Below are positions 9,918 to 20,004 of a DNA stretch of 64,000 nt, piece by piece. The position numbers and the translations under genes are program-made. The first letter of the stretch is position 1; each line of letters begins with the position of its first letter. This DNA comes from an uncultured Spirochaetales bacterium. Its GTDB lineage: Bacteria > Spirochaetota > Spirochaetia > CAYLLE01. The stretch lies in contig CAZUAE010000010.1 of assembly GCA_964618265.1 (NCBI GenBank), positions 1,372-65,371 on the forward strand. The letters are read 5' to 3'. The notes below the pieces were generated by a model, which ran no database searches, was not told where the DNA came from, and saw only the letters and a list, made by a program, of their open reading frames with translations.

Positions 9918-11102
9918 ATGGAAAACATTATTCAAAATTATGCCTGGGGTTCCGTTACCGAAATGCCCAGGCTGCTGGGATTGGGGGGCGGAACCGATAA
10001 GCCTAAAGCAGAGTTGTGGATGGGGGCTCATCCAAAGGCGCCTTCCCAAGTGGTATGTGCGGGAATTAAACAATCCCTGCCTGAACTAATCGATACCGAA
10101 CCTGAACATATCCTGGGGAAAAAAGTAGCTGAAAAATACGGTACGCTCCCTTTCCTCTTTAAGGTTCTGACCGCGGCCAAGAGTTTATCCATTCAGGCTC
10201 ATCCGAACTTGGAGCAGGCCGGAAAGGGGTATGAAGAAGAGAACAAAGCAGGCATCCCCATAGATGCCCCTAACCGTAACTACCGGGACCCGAATCATAA
10301 GCCGGAACTCATCTGTGCCCTTACCTCCTTTTTGGCCCTTCGAGGATTTCGTCCGGTTGAAGAGATTATCAATAATTTTCCCTCTAACTTGTTTCCTTAC
10401 CTGAAAGAACCGCTCCGCCGTCTTGAGAGTGATCAGTCTTCTGAAGCGCTTTCAATGTTCTTTAAAAAGATAATGGAATCTCCCGGTGATGTTCGGGAAA
10501 AACTCACGTCAGCAGCTGTAAAAATGTCCCGTAATGTGGATGATGTTACCGGAAGAATCATAAAAAAGATTGCTTATGATTATCCTGGAAATATCGGAAT
10601 ATTAGGACCCCTGTTTTTAAATGCCCTGGAACTAAATCCCGGGGAGGCTATGTTTTTAGATGCCGGCGAACTTCATGCATATATCCAGGGCGGCGGAATC
10701 GAAATAATGGCCAACTCCGATAATGTTTTGCGGGGCGGCAATACCGCGAAACATATCGATGTTCCGGAATTGATGAATGTGCTCACCTTCCGAACGGGAA
10801 AACCGCGGATTCTCCATCCTGTAGCGGAACCTTCCGGATGCGGGAAATTTTTTCAGACACCGGCTCCGGAGTTTAGACTCGCCTTTCTTGAACTTACCCG
10901 GGAGGGATGCACCTTGCGCTCATCATCTCCGGAAATACTTTTATGTACTGAAGGAGAAGGACGCGCCGCAGCATCCGATTCCTCGAAAGAAACTTTTAAG
11001 CGGGGAGAATCTCTCTTTATTCCCGCTTCCGAAGGGGAATACACTCTAAACGGTCATGGAAAGGTTTTCCGGGCTGCCGCGGGAATAATGGAGAACCAAT
11101 GA
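9918..11102 (+). CDS. manA: mannose-6-phosphate isomerase, class I
   Basis: It has the N-terminal IQNYAWGS motif of type I PMI. The start is set at the internal ATG 9918 (MENIIQNYAWGS). The track start at 9765 is an artefact of reading through repeat copy B. Confidence 0.75.
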   Translation: MENIIQNYAWGSVTEMPRLLGLGGGTDKPKAELWMGAHPKAPSQVVCAGIKQSLPELIDTEPEHILGKKVAEKYGTLPFLFKVLTAAKSLSIQAHPNLEQAGKGYEEENKAGIPIDAPNRNYRDPNHKPELICALTSFLALRGFRPVEEIINNFPSNLFPYLKEPLRRLESDQSSEALSMFFKKIMESPGDVREKLTSAAVKMSRNVDDVTGRIIKKIAYDYPGNIGILGPLFLNALELNPGEAMFLDAGELHAYIQGGGIEIMANSDNVLRGGNTAKHIDVPELMNVLTFRTGKPRILHPVAEPSGCGKFFQTPAPEFRLAFLELTREGCTLRSSSPEILLCTEGEGRAAASDSSKETFKRGESLFIPASEGEYTLNGHGKVFRAAAGIMENQ

Positions 11103-11551
11103 CCATATGGGTTGATGCCGACAGCTGTCCGACTCGGATAAGACGTATTATAGAAGAAGGTGCGGATAGAACCGGATTCCCGGTGATTTTTGTCGCGGAT
11201 CGGCCGATAAGTTTTTCTAAGGAAATGGTAAAGATGATTACGGTGCCGGGCGGCCCTGATTCTGCTGATAACTACATCGTTGAGTCTTCCTCCGAAGGAG
11301 ATCTAGTAATAACCCGGGATATTCCTTTGGCTGATCAGGTGATATCGAAGGGGTGTACGGTTCTCGATGACCGGGGAAATTTGTTTACTGAGGAAAACAT
11401 CCGGGAGCGTCTTTCCTTGCGGAATTTTATGCAGCACTTAAGGAATACCGGAATCCCCTGTGCCGGAAAAGGTCCGCTGTCGAATAGGGAGATTGCCTCG
11501 TTTGCGGCTGCCTTTGACCGTTTTTTAACCCTCAAATTGAAGGAATCCTGA
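11099..11551 (+). CDS. YaiI/UPF0178 (DUF188) family protein
   Basis: 150 aa. The N-terminus MTIWVDADSCP is typical of the family. It overlaps the manA stop by 4 nt, so the two are probably co-transcribed. Confidence 0.65.
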   Translation: MTIWVDADSCPTRIRRIIEEGADRTGFPVIFVADRPISFSKEMVKMITVPGGPDSADNYIVESSSEGDLVITRDIPLADQVISKGCTVLDDRGNLFTEENIRERLSLRNFMQHLRNTGIPCAGKGPLSNREIASFAAAFDRFLTLKLKES

Positions 11552-11595
11552 TGGATTAAATATTAATTTTATAGTGAAACAAACACCTGGAAAAT

Positions 11596-11625
11596 TTGTT
11601 AAACAATTATTAGTATAGATATAAT
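11596..11625 (+). promoter_or_regulatory. sigma70-like promoter (TTGTTA - 18 nt - TATAAT) upstream of the flavodiiron gene
   Basis: -35 at 11596-11601 and -10 at 11620-11625, found by direct reading. AAGGAG lies 9 nt before the start codon. Confidence 0.4.
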
Positions 11626-11660
11626 GTATTGATGAAGAACTCAACAAGGAGTATGAAAGC

Positions 11661-12872
11661 ATGAAGGCCATAAAGATAACAGATGGAATATATCATATTG
11701 GTGTCAATATTACCAACAATGATCTTTTTGAAGGACTCTGGCCCATACCGGATGGAGTTTCCCTTAATTCCTACGCCGTTATGGGAAAGAAGACTGCCTT
11801 AATAGACTTGGTCCGTGATTGGGACGATGCTCCGGCGGGTTTTACCGAAAAGTTACATAGCATCGGTTTAGACGTCTCGAAGATCGATTACTTAGTGCTG
11901 AACCATTTAGAACCCGACCATACCGGATGGCTTAAGGATTTTAAGCAAAAGAATCCAAAAATAAAAATTCTCACCACAGCAAAGGGAGCTGCTCTGGTAA
12001 AACAGTTCTACGGCATCCATGAAGGAATCCGTGAAGTAAAAACCGGAGATACCCTGGATTTAGGAGGGGGAAAGGTCCTGAAATTTGTGGAAGCCCCAAA
12101 TGTTCACTGGCCGGAAACCATGGTTACCTATGAGACTTCCGGAAAAGTGCTCTTTTCCTGCGACGCCTTCGGTTCTTACGGTGCGCTAAAGGACGCTGTT
12201 TTCGATGATCAGCTTTCTTCGGAAGCGAGTGAGTTCTTCGAAAGGGAAACCCTAAGGTATTACGCCAATATTGTTTCAAGTTTTTCAAAGTTTGTGGAAC
12301 GGGCCGTGGCTAAGCTGGAGGGCTTAGAAATTAAGGTGATTGCTCCCTCTCACGGTATTATATGGCGGGAGAACCCTTCGGTTATTATCGACCGGTATTT
12401 GAAGTATGCTTCCTATCTAGAGGGTCCCGCGGAACAGGAAATTACCCTTATCTGGGGTACTATGTACGGAAATACCGGTTCTGTGGTGAATGAAATAATC
12501 CGCACGGTACGTTCTGAAGGGATTCCTATTCATGTCCATCAGGTTCCCCAGGATGATTCTTCCTATATTCTTTCTTCCGCATGGAAATCCGCCGGGCTTA
12601 TTGTAGGAATGCCTACGTATGAATACCGAATGTTTCCTCCAATGGCCGGCATCCTCGACCTGTTCGACCGGAAGCATGTAAAAAATAGAAAAGTTTTTCG
12701 CTTCGGTTCCTATGGATGGTCAGGAGGTGCGCAGAAAGAATGGGAAACCTTGACATCAAAACTTAACTGGGAATACTTGGTTCCCGCGGAATGGAACGGC
12801 GCTCCGGACGAAGAAGATCTGGATAACATCCGCTCACGCGCCCGTGAACTGGTGAGACTGGTTAAGGAGTAA
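11661..12872 (+). CDS. fprA: flavodiiron protein (type A flavoprotein; metallo-beta-lactamase-like + flavodoxin domains)
   Basis: 403 aa. It has the LNHLEPDHTG di-iron site motif and a C-terminal flavodoxin-like domain. Confidence 0.8.
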   Translation: MKAIKITDGIYHIGVNITNNDLFEGLWPIPDGVSLNSYAVMGKKTALIDLVRDWDDAPAGFTEKLHSIGLDVSKIDYLVLNHLEPDHTGWLKDFKQKNPKIKILTTAKGAALVKQFYGIHEGIREVKTGDTLDLGGGKVLKFVEAPNVHWPETMVTYETSGKVLFSCDAFGSYGALKDAVFDDQLSSEASEFFERETLRYYANIVSSFSKFVERAVAKLEGLEIKVIAPSHGIIWRENPSVIIDRYLKYASYLEGPAEQEITLIWGTMYGNTGSVVNEIIRTVRSEGIPIHVHQVPQDDSSYILSSAWKSAGLIVGMPTYEYRMFPPMAGILDLFDRKHVKNRKVFRFGSYGWSGGAQKEWETLTSKLNWEYLVPAEWNGAPDEEDLDNIRSRARELVRLVKE

Positions 12873-12923
12873 TGCCGAAATTATAGTTTAGAATTGCTTT
12901 GCTGATTTCACTGTTTTACCGTT

Positions 12924-13015
12924 CAGCAATTCCCGGTCAACACCTTGTGTGATTTAGAAGAGGCCATAATTACATATAATATATAAATTTAAATCGGGTT
13001 GACCGGAAATTGCTG
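12924..13015. repeat. MITE-like repeat family 2, full copy (~92 bp, 18-nt terminal inverted repeats, AT-rich core)
   Basis: The termini are CAGCAATTCCCGGTCAAC...GTTGACCGGAAATTGCTG. It is about 95% identical to the copy at 43774-43868. Confidence 0.75.
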
Positions 13016-13023
13016 TTTACCGT

Positions 13024-13052
13024 TTGTCGTTGTTATTTTTTTTTGGTATATT
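13024..13052 (+). promoter_or_regulatory. sigma70-like promoter (TTGTCG - 17 nt - TATATT)
   Basis: Found by direct reading. It lies about 60 nt upstream of ORF 13115. Confidence 0.4.
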
Positions 13053-13114
13053 AGTATGGTTAAACTATAGTAACAACTGTGGTTTTGTACCTTAAAACGT
13101 AAAAGGAGTTTAAT

Positions 13115-13438
13115 ATGAGTAGTTATCCCCATAACACCGGTCCAGGCGCAGGCAGCGGTCCTGTCGATCCGGTAAAAGCATCGGCCTGGACAGGCATCAT
13201 TAGAGACGAAGACAGAGACAAGCTTGTCGCACTGATTAAACAGGCTTTAAAAGAAGACCCTCAAATTTTAGATAATGATGAGGTCTCTGTTACGGTGAAA
13301 AGGGAATCCGGGGAAGATGTTCTGCATCTGCTGGGAAGTGCTGAAATGGAAAACGGTAAAGAACGGGCTAAAGAAATAGCAGAGCACAATGCCCCTAACG
13401 GTATGAAAATTGTTAACGAGATAAAAGTCAAGAAATAA
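13115..13438 (+). CDS. hypothetical acidic small protein
   Basis: 107 aa with AAGGAG 8 nt upstream. No recognisable family. Confidence 0.4.
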   Translation: MSSYPHNTGPGAGSGPVDPVKASAWTGIIRDEDRDKLVALIKQALKEDPQILDNDEVSVTVKRESGEDVLHLLGSAEMENGKERAKEIAEHNAPNGMKIVNEIKVKK

Positions 13439-13445
13439 CAGAAGC

Positions 13446-13478
13446 AGCAATCCCTAAATTTAGAATTGCCTTCTTACC
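13446..13478 (+). terminator. AT-rich hairpin + T-rich tail (family 3 palindrome), likely intrinsic terminator
   Basis: The sequence is CAGCAATCCCTAAATTTAGAATTGCC followed by TTCTTACC. It is related to the hairpins at 28231 and 32050. Confidence 0.4.
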
Positions 13479-13488
13479 AATAGAGAAG

Positions 13489-13577
13489 GGGGATCTCATT
13501 TCATTCGATTATTTTACGGCTTTTCTTGAGAATCATGCTTTTTTCTGTTGCCTGAAAGTATAAAATGAGAATTCCTC
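13489..13577. repeat. family 1 repeat, copy C (reverse orientation)
   Basis: It ends in TAAAATGAGAATTCCTC and is the reverse complement of copy A, with minor divergence at the left end. Confidence 0.7.
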
Positions 13578-13593
13578 TAATAGAAGACATGGG

Positions 13594-14841
13594 TTATATT
13601 TTGAATGCCCCCTCTCTAATGAGGGGGATTTCTTTACCCTCCCGAGTGGTTCCCGTTACATTCACATCCGGGGATCCGATCATTATGTCGGTATGATGAG
13701 GCGATACATTAGCCCCATTGCGGGACAATTCATCTTCGCTCATTTCAGATCCGCCTTCAAGGCAGGATGGATACGCACTGCCCAATGCAATGTGACAAGC
13801 TGCGTTTTCATCCAATAACGTGGAATAAAAAACTTTGCCCGACTGGTATATCGGAGAGTTGGAATCCACCAATGCAATTTCGCCGATATATCTAACCGAA
13901 TCATCGAGCTCTAAATATCGTTTTAAGGCCTCCTTGCCCTCATCAGCATCGAAGGCTGTCACCTTTCCCTCCCGGAACGTTAACGTACCGCCCCGTACCA
14001 TTTCTTCCATTATCCGGACCGGCATAGTTAGTTTAACTGTACCCTCGGTTTTTCGAAAATCAGGGAGCGTATATACCTCCTGGGTCGGAATGTTCGGCAT
14101 AAACCGCCGCCCATCCTGAGCATAATCCGGTCCTCCGGCCCATAATGCTTTTTCCGGAATATGGATCGATAGATCAGTCCCGGGACCTTTAAAATGCAGT
14201 CTTCGGAGTCTCAGCTTGTTCAATTTGTTACTCCGCTCTTTAAGTAATTCGGTATAATTGGTCCAGTCCGTCAGAGGATCATCCTTTTCCAAATGGAGAA
14301 TGGGGATAAGGATATCCCACAGCTCATCCCGGGCTGCCTCAGAGGGGTCCGTTTCCAGTACTTTGGCAGCCCAGCGGGGAGTGGGAAAAGCAGCGACAAG
14401 CCAGCTTAGTTCGTTATTTTGTATTGCTTTTAGAAAAGGCTTTCTCTGTTCGGAAACCGCTTTTGTAATCCGGGCTACTTTTCCCGGATCAAGCCCTTTC
14501 AGCAGATCAGGATTTTCTTCACCGAATACTGAAATCAAAGTCCATTTGTCCCGTATAATTTCTTCGTACCGCTTTCGGTGAAATTCCGGCAGATAATCCA
14601 AGTCTTCAGGGGATGAGTTTTGTATTCTCTTTTGTAATTGACCTTTATGCTGACTTTCGGTATGTACGTATTTTGCTCCCGCGCGGTATGCTTCTTCCGT
14701 CAGAATATTTATAAAATCCCAATGGACCGGTTCAGCCCGTATAAAAAGGCAGTCACCTTCATGTAAAGCAGCTGCGCCTAGCATTAATTTTGCGTATTTT
14801 GTCATTTGTCTTTTATTAATAGCCATTTCTTTTAAAACCAT
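13594..14841 (-). CDS. aminopeptidase, M29 family (AmpS/PepS-like)
   Basis: 415 aa, with full-length similarity to thermophilic-type M29 aminopeptidases (N-terminus KYAKLMLGAAALHEGD...). The true start may be the internal Met (MAINKRQ). Confidence 0.7.
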   Translation of the reverse strand: MVLKEMAINKRQMTKYAKLMLGAAALHEGDCLFIRAEPVHWDFINILTEEAYRAGAKYVHTESQHKGQLQKRIQNSSPEDLDYLPEFHRKRYEEIIRDKWTLISVFGEENPDLLKGLDPGKVARITKAVSEQRKPFLKAIQNNELSWLVAAFPTPRWAAKVLETDPSEAARDELWDILIPILHLEKDDPLTDWTNYTELLKERSNKLNKLRLRRLHFKGPGTDLSIHIPEKALWAGGPDYAQDGRRFMPNIPTQEVYTLPDFRKTEGTVKLTMPVRIMEEMVRGGTLTFREGKVTAFDADEGKEALKRYLELDDSVRYIGEIALVDSNSPIYQSGKVFYSTLLDENAACHIALGSAYPSCLEGGSEMSEDELSRNGANVSPHHTDIMIGSPDVNVTGTTREGKEIPLIREGAFKI

Positions 14842-14972
14842 GTTCCTTTCTGGGAGTTAAAGGTATAAAACGATAATTTCTCCTTAAGTATAATACAGTA
14901 TTGACTTTATACCTATTGAAATGTAATTCTAGTAGTATATTACCAAAAAAAGGAAAATGATTGGAGGGCCTT

Positions 14973-16116
14973 ATGGCCGAAACAATACAGGATTTTGAAG
15001 AACTAAAAACACGGTTAAATCATTTAAAACAGGAAATCGATGATACCTGGAGGTATCTTTGACCCGGAAGGCATCCAGAGAAAGATAAAAGATATTGAAT
15101 TGGAAACTGCCGAACCGGATTTCTGGAACGACCGGGAAAATGCCGAAAAGCAGCTCCAAAAACATAAACGACTTAAAAACCGCTTGGAACCATGGGCTGA
15201 ATTAAAAAAAGAAAACGATGATCTAGTCGAATTATGTTCTTTAGCATTAGAAGACAACGATCTTTCCATGGAGAGTGATATTCGTCAATCCCTGGAGGAA
15301 CAGGAAAAACGGTATCAAAAATTAAGGATCCGGGAACTTTTAGGCGGTGAATACGATCCGAATCCCGCCTTCCTGACAATTCATTCCGGAGCAGGGGGAA
15401 CCGAAGCCTGTGATTGGGTAAATATGCTTCTGAGGATGTACACCCGCTGGATAGAACGAAACGATTATTCCATGAAGATAATAGACATGCAGGAGGCTGA
15501 GGGGGGTATTAAATCAGTTACCCTTCAGGTGGACGGTGATTATGTGTACGGCTACCTTAAGGCGGAGTCCGGTATCCATCGGCTGGTACGTATCTCCCCC
15601 TTCGATTCCGGCGGTCGGCGTCACACCTCTTTTGCATCTGTTCATATTTCTCCCGTTATCGAAGATGATATCGAAGTAGACATCCGACCGGAGGATATCC
15701 GGGTGGATACCTACCGCGCCCAGGGAGCTGGGGGACAGCATGTAAATAAAACGGATTCCGCGGTACGTATAACCCATCTGGAAACCGGTATAGTTGTCCA
15801 GTGTCAGAACGAGAGGAGTCAGCATAAAAACCGGGATGTGGCCATGAAAGTTTTAAAATCCAAGCTTTTCGAGTATTATGAGCAAATGCAGGAAGAGGAA
15901 TTGGAGAAGAAGGCCTTAGAGAAAAAAGACATATCCTGGGGTAACCAGATCCGATCCTACGTTTTTCATCCCTACAATATGGTCAAGGACCACCGCACAA
16001 AGAAAGAAACAGGAAACGTTCAGGCTGTGATGGATGGGGATTTAGACGAATTCATTCAAGAGTATCTGCAGCTGCAGTGGCGGTCTACCCATAAATCTCA
16101 TTCTAAGGCGGAATAA
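14973..16116 (+). CDS. prfB: peptide chain release factor 2, with programmed +1 ribosomal frameshift at CTT TGA C (15057-15063)
   Basis: - Frame 0 ORF: 14973-15062 (MAETIQDFEELKTRLNHLKQEIDDTWRYL-stop).
- Internal SD GGAGG at 15049-15053, then TAT CTT TGA C, the canonical RF2 recoding site.
- The +1 frame continues to 16116 with SPF and GGQ motifs. Confidence 0.85.
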
Positions 16117-16128
16117 CGGAGGCAGAAT

Positions 16129-16521
16129 TTGGGAGCTTTACGGGGAAGTATCCTTATTGTAGACGATTTGGAGTTTATGAGGGAGGAGCTTAAGAAGATA
16201 CTAACCCGGGCCGGCGCTGAAATAGCTGGAGAGGCGGAAAATGGGCGTGACGGATTGTATTGTTATATCAGGCTCAACCCTGATCTCGTTCTTCTAGATA
16301 TTACCATGCCTCGGATGGATGGCCTTACAGCTTTGAAGAAAATCAAGGAGTATGACCCTTTAGCTAGAGTTGTCATGTGCAGCGCCCTGGGGGAACGGAA
16401 AATGATAATCAAGGCTATCCGTTTGGGAGCTGAAGAGTTCATTGTTAAACCCTTTAAACCTGAAAGGGTAATAAGCGCCGTTTCTACAGTACTTGATTCC
16501 ACGGGGAAGGTATGGGAATGA
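16129..16521 (+). CDS. CheY-like single-domain response regulator
   Basis: 130 aa with receiver motifs ILIVDD, LLDITMP and the conserved K. Confidence 0.7.
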   Translation: MGALRGSILIVDDLEFMREELKKILTRAGAEIAGEAENGRDGLYCYIRLNPDLVLLDITMPRMDGLTALKKIKEYDPLARVVMCSALGERKMIIKAIRLGAEEFIVKPFKPERVISAVSTVLDSTGKVWE

Positions 16522-18002
16522 GACGTTTTGTTACCATTATTCCTGCCTTGCTTGTTTTCTCCTTCGCCGCCTACGCCTTAGAACCTGGAGAGTTTATACC
16601 GGAACAGCGTATAGAGGAATGGCAGTTAGGGTACGCCGCGCTGACGGGAGATGGGGTTTTCGCGGGTAATAAGTACCTCCTAACGAGTTTCTCCCGGATG
16701 GCCGCGGACCGGATGAAGGGGATAAAATCACATGTTTTAAGTGATCGGGAAAAAGAAGCCTACAGGATATCTTTGTTGGAAGATGCGAAAGATAAGGTAT
16801 CCGAAAAAATTGATAATCTGAGGAAACAAAGGGACCGTCTTGTTTTTTCCGGATTCACGGAAGAGAAGTATAAGAATAAATATCGGGACATGACCGAAGA
16901 AATTAAGGCATTGAGAAATGTTCTCTTAAAGATTGCTGATTATTATAATATGGATGAGGTGGATGTACCGGAGATCCTCCCGCTGATACACCGTACAAAT
17001 GATGGGGATATGATGCCTCCTCCCTTTACCCTGGTGCCTGAAACGGACAATGTTACTGAGATACTTGAAAATTATGCCGCAGAGCACAACCTGGAGGCTC
17101 TTCTTTGGGGGGTTCTGCAGGAGGTACAAGGATATCTGATTTTAGAACTGCATCTCTTCAACCGTTTAACAAGTGAGGACTCTGTTGTGTTTGAAGATGC
17201 CGGGTTGAGCGAAGATATCCCGTCCATGATAACAGCCGGGGTTACCGATATCTCCGAAAGATTATTGGGAAGACGCTGGAGTTCTTTAACGGTAATACCC
17301 AATATCGATTCCGCGGAAATCTTGATAAATAAGAAGCTAATGGGGTTTGGTGAAACGGAAATCCCTTTTGTAGAGCCCGGTGTGGTTGAGATAACCGTTA
17401 GGGCCGAGGGTTATCGGGAGTTCCAAAAGGAAGTTGACCTGGAAGCCGGAACCCGGAGAGAGATAAAACCGGAGTTGGAGAGTATTCCCCAAAAAACCGT
17501 CACAATAAGATCCGCGGTACCCGCGGATGTTTACTTCAAATCCTTAAACCGGGGGCCATCACCGGAGGAACTTACCATTCCTGAAGTCGTAAGTCCCGGA
17601 CGCGTTATCCGGGATGGGTATAAAAACTCTCTCTTTATTATTTCACCGGAAACTCAAAAAGGTGCCGAATTAGACGTCCCGCTGGTTTTAACGATGCTTG
17701 ATCCGGAAAAAGAATTTCAACGGTCCCGGCGGTCATTTTACCGTTCTTTAGGTTTTTTTGCGGTTTCCGTACCTATTCCCCTTGTATTAAACGGCATTTA
17801 CCAGAATTATGCTCTGGGGTATTATCAGACCGATGAAGGAACTGGTCAAAGATTACGTTTTGCAAATCTGGGAAACGGTTTTTATTACGGATATTTAGGC
17901 GGAATTTTTGCCAGCGGGGTATTATTGGTAAACACCGTTATCAAACTAATAAACTTAATTGATACTGCTGCGGAATACCATTCCAGGGTACATCAATTTT
18001 AA
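16512..18002 (+). CDS. hypothetical secreted/membrane-anchored protein
   Basis: 496 aa with an N-terminal signal peptide (IIPALLVFSFAAYA) and C-terminal hydrophobic segments. A PEGA-like beta-sandwich motif is possible. No family assigned. Confidence 0.45.
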   Translation: MGMRRFVTIIPALLVFSFAAYALEPGEFIPEQRIEEWQLGYAALTGDGVFAGNKYLLTSFSRMAADRMKGIKSHVLSDREKEAYRISLLEDAKDKVSEKIDNLRKQRDRLVFSGFTEEKYKNKYRDMTEEIKALRNVLLKIADYYNMDEVDVPEILPLIHRTNDGDMMPPPFTLVPETDNVTEILENYAAEHNLEALLWGVLQEVQGYLILELHLFNRLTSEDSVVFEDAGLSEDIPSMITAGVTDISERLLGRRWSSLTVIPNIDSAEILINKKLMGFGETEIPFVEPGVVEITVRAEGYREFQKEVDLEAGTRREIKPELESIPQKTVTIRSAVPADVYFKSLNRGPSPEELTIPEVVSPGRVIRDGYKNSLFIISPETQKGAELDVPLVLTMLDPEKEFQRSRRSFYRSLGFFAVSVPIPLVLNGIYQNYALGYYQTDEGTGQRLRFANLGNGFYYGYLGGIFASGVLLVNTVIKLINLIDTAAEYHSRVHQF

Positions 18003-18022
18003 AAAGGAGTACCAAATTTTTA

Positions 18023-18904
18023 ATGATGAAAAAGAAAAGTCTAGGTGTCAGGTTATCCGGCCTTTTCAATAGAAATCAGTTTGATGAATCATTTTTTGAG
18101 GAATTTGAAGATAGCTTAATCGAAGCAGATCTGGGAGCTTCTATGGCGATGGAAGTCTCAGATGAACTGCGGGAAAGAATAAAAAAGGAAAGTGTAAAAT
18201 ATACAGAAGATGCCCTGTCGATTCTGAAAAACATCATCCTGCGGGAGCTGCACACAGATCATCTGGATATTAAACCTGGAAGCATAAATGTTTTTCTGGT
18301 TCTTGGAGTGAATGGAGTGGGTAAAACCACTTCTATCGCAAAACTCGCCCATTATTACCGGGAGAAAACCGGTGAAGATGTCGTTTTAGCCGCCGGGGAC
18401 ACATTCCGTGCTGCTGCTGCCGATCAGCTGGAATTATGGGGAGATAGAATGAATATGCGGGTTGTACGTCAAAATCCCGGCTCGGATCCTGGAGCGGTTA
18501 TTTTTGACGCGGTAACATCCGCAAAGGCCAGGGATGAGCGAATTGTGCTGGCGGATACTGCCGGGAGAATGCACAATCGGGCGGACCTGGTCAAGGAACT
18601 GACAAAGATAGATAAAATCGTAAGAACAAAGCTGGAGGTCCCCAACTACCGGAAAATTCTGGTAATCGATGCCACTACAGGTCAGAACGGACTCCGTCAG
18701 GCGGAAATTTTCCACGAAGCCGTTGGCGTAGACGGCATTGTCCTTGCAAAATATGATTCCACCGCAAAGGGCGGTATAGCCGTATCGGTTTCTAAAAACC
18801 TTGCTATTCCCATCTCCTTCTTGGGAGTAGGTGAAAAGCCCGAAGATATTGTTCCGTTTGATCCCCAAAAATATGTCCATGAACTCTTAGGTTCCGGGAA
18901 GTAA
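18023..18904 (+). CDS. ftsY: signal recognition particle receptor FtsY (short NG-domain form)
   Basis: 293 aa. It has the SRP-GTPase motifs GVNGVGKTT, DTAGR and TKYDS, and lacks an M domain, so it is not Ffh. Confidence 0.8.
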   Translation: MMKKKSLGVRLSGLFNRNQFDESFFEEFEDSLIEADLGASMAMEVSDELRERIKKESVKYTEDALSILKNIILRELHTDHLDIKPGSINVFLVLGVNGVGKTTSIAKLAHYYREKTGEDVVLAAGDTFRAAAADQLELWGDRMNMRVVRQNPGSDPGAVIFDAVTSAKARDERIVLADTAGRMHNRADLVKELTKIDKIVRTKLEVPNYRKILVIDATTGQNGLRQAEIFHEAVGVDGIVLAKYDSTAKGGIAVSVSKNLAIPISFLGVGEKPEDIVPFDPQKYVHELLGSGK

Positions 18905-19998
18905 TGAAAAAGATTTTCATTTTTAATACCATTCTGATAATTTTGGGTATGTTTTTAATCGCCCAGGAATATTACCGTTCGAACCCTTTAGGGATGCAGT
19001 TTGAAAGGATCGGACCGGATGGGCTAACTGAATACCCTTACGTCCTTAAAATTGAGCAAAAAGGTGATGTCCGCAGCGAAACACTTTTTAAAGATAAAGA
19101 GGAGGTAGAGCGGACAGAGCAAGTCCTGTTCCCTTCCGGTGAACTCAAAACGGAACGGGAATACCGGAAAGGGGAATTAATCAGGACTAGAAAATACCGG
19201 TCCGATGGTCTAATACAGCATATAGAAGAATATGAGGAGGGAGAGCTTACCGGTATTTTTACATACCGGTATTCCGGCAAGACCCTCTCTTCCATAGAAT
19301 TGACCGAAGAAGGGGGGGAGAAGGTATATACGGATTATTACCGATATACCTTAGATGGTTTTCTCCGGCAGATAAAACGAGAGTTTCCGGACGGCTCTTA
19401 CCGAATTTCCCATTACCGATATGCCGACGACTCTCTAATAACGGAATGGCATAAGAAGAATCCGGCAGCTGAAACACCCGCAAAGACCGTAGTCAGTCAT
19501 TATAATAGTAAGGGAAACCTGGTTAAGCAGACCAGTTACAGGAGCGGAGAGAAGATAAGCAGCACTGAATATATCTACAAGGAGGAAGGTAAGGGTGAAC
19601 TTGAGCAGACGATACATATAGGCCCGGAGAGGATTCGGACCGTACGTACCTTCGGAGCAGACGGCAGCCTCGTAGAGGAGGTGGTAGAACGGGATGAAGA
19701 AACCATTTCTGAAGTCCGATACATCTACGAAGAAGGATTGCTCAAAAGAAAAACTGTCCTGCGGGAAGGTGTGGAAGAAAGGATGGAGTACCGGTATGAT
19801 GAAGAAGGTACTCTTTACGAGGAGGCGTATTATCGGGAAGATGCTTTACTGGTGGTAACCCGGTATACCGAAAGTGACAGCTACCAGGAAGATATCTACG
19901 ATGAAGAGGAGTTGGTTCTCCGGGTATATTACCAGAAAGGTAAGGTCATCAAGAAAGAGGTGTTTAAGGATGGAGAGGTTATTCGCAGCAGGAATTAA
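18904..19998 (+). CDS. repeat protein (MORN-variant/YwqK-like repeats), membrane-anchored
   Basis: 364 aa with an N-terminal hydrophobic anchor, followed by tandem ~23-aa Y/E-rich repeats (Y.Y..G....E..Y..G). Confidence 0.4.
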   Translation: MKKIFIFNTILIILGMFLIAQEYYRSNPLGMQFERIGPDGLTEYPYVLKIEQKGDVRSETLFKDKEEVERTEQVLFPSGELKTEREYRKGELIRTRKYRSDGLIQHIEEYEEGELTGIFTYRYSGKTLSSIELTEEGGEKVYTDYYRYTLDGFLRQIKREFPDGSYRISHYRYADDSLITEWHKKNPAAETPAKTVVSHYNSKGNLVKQTSYRSGEKISSTEYIYKEEGKGELEQTIHIGPERIRTVRTFGADGSLVEEVVERDEETISEVRYIYEEGLLKRKTVLREGVEERMEYRYDEEGTLYEEAYYREDALLVVTRYTESDSYQEDIYDEEELVLRVYYQKGKVIKKEVFKDGEVIRSRN

Positions 19999-20004
19999 TG
20001 AAAC

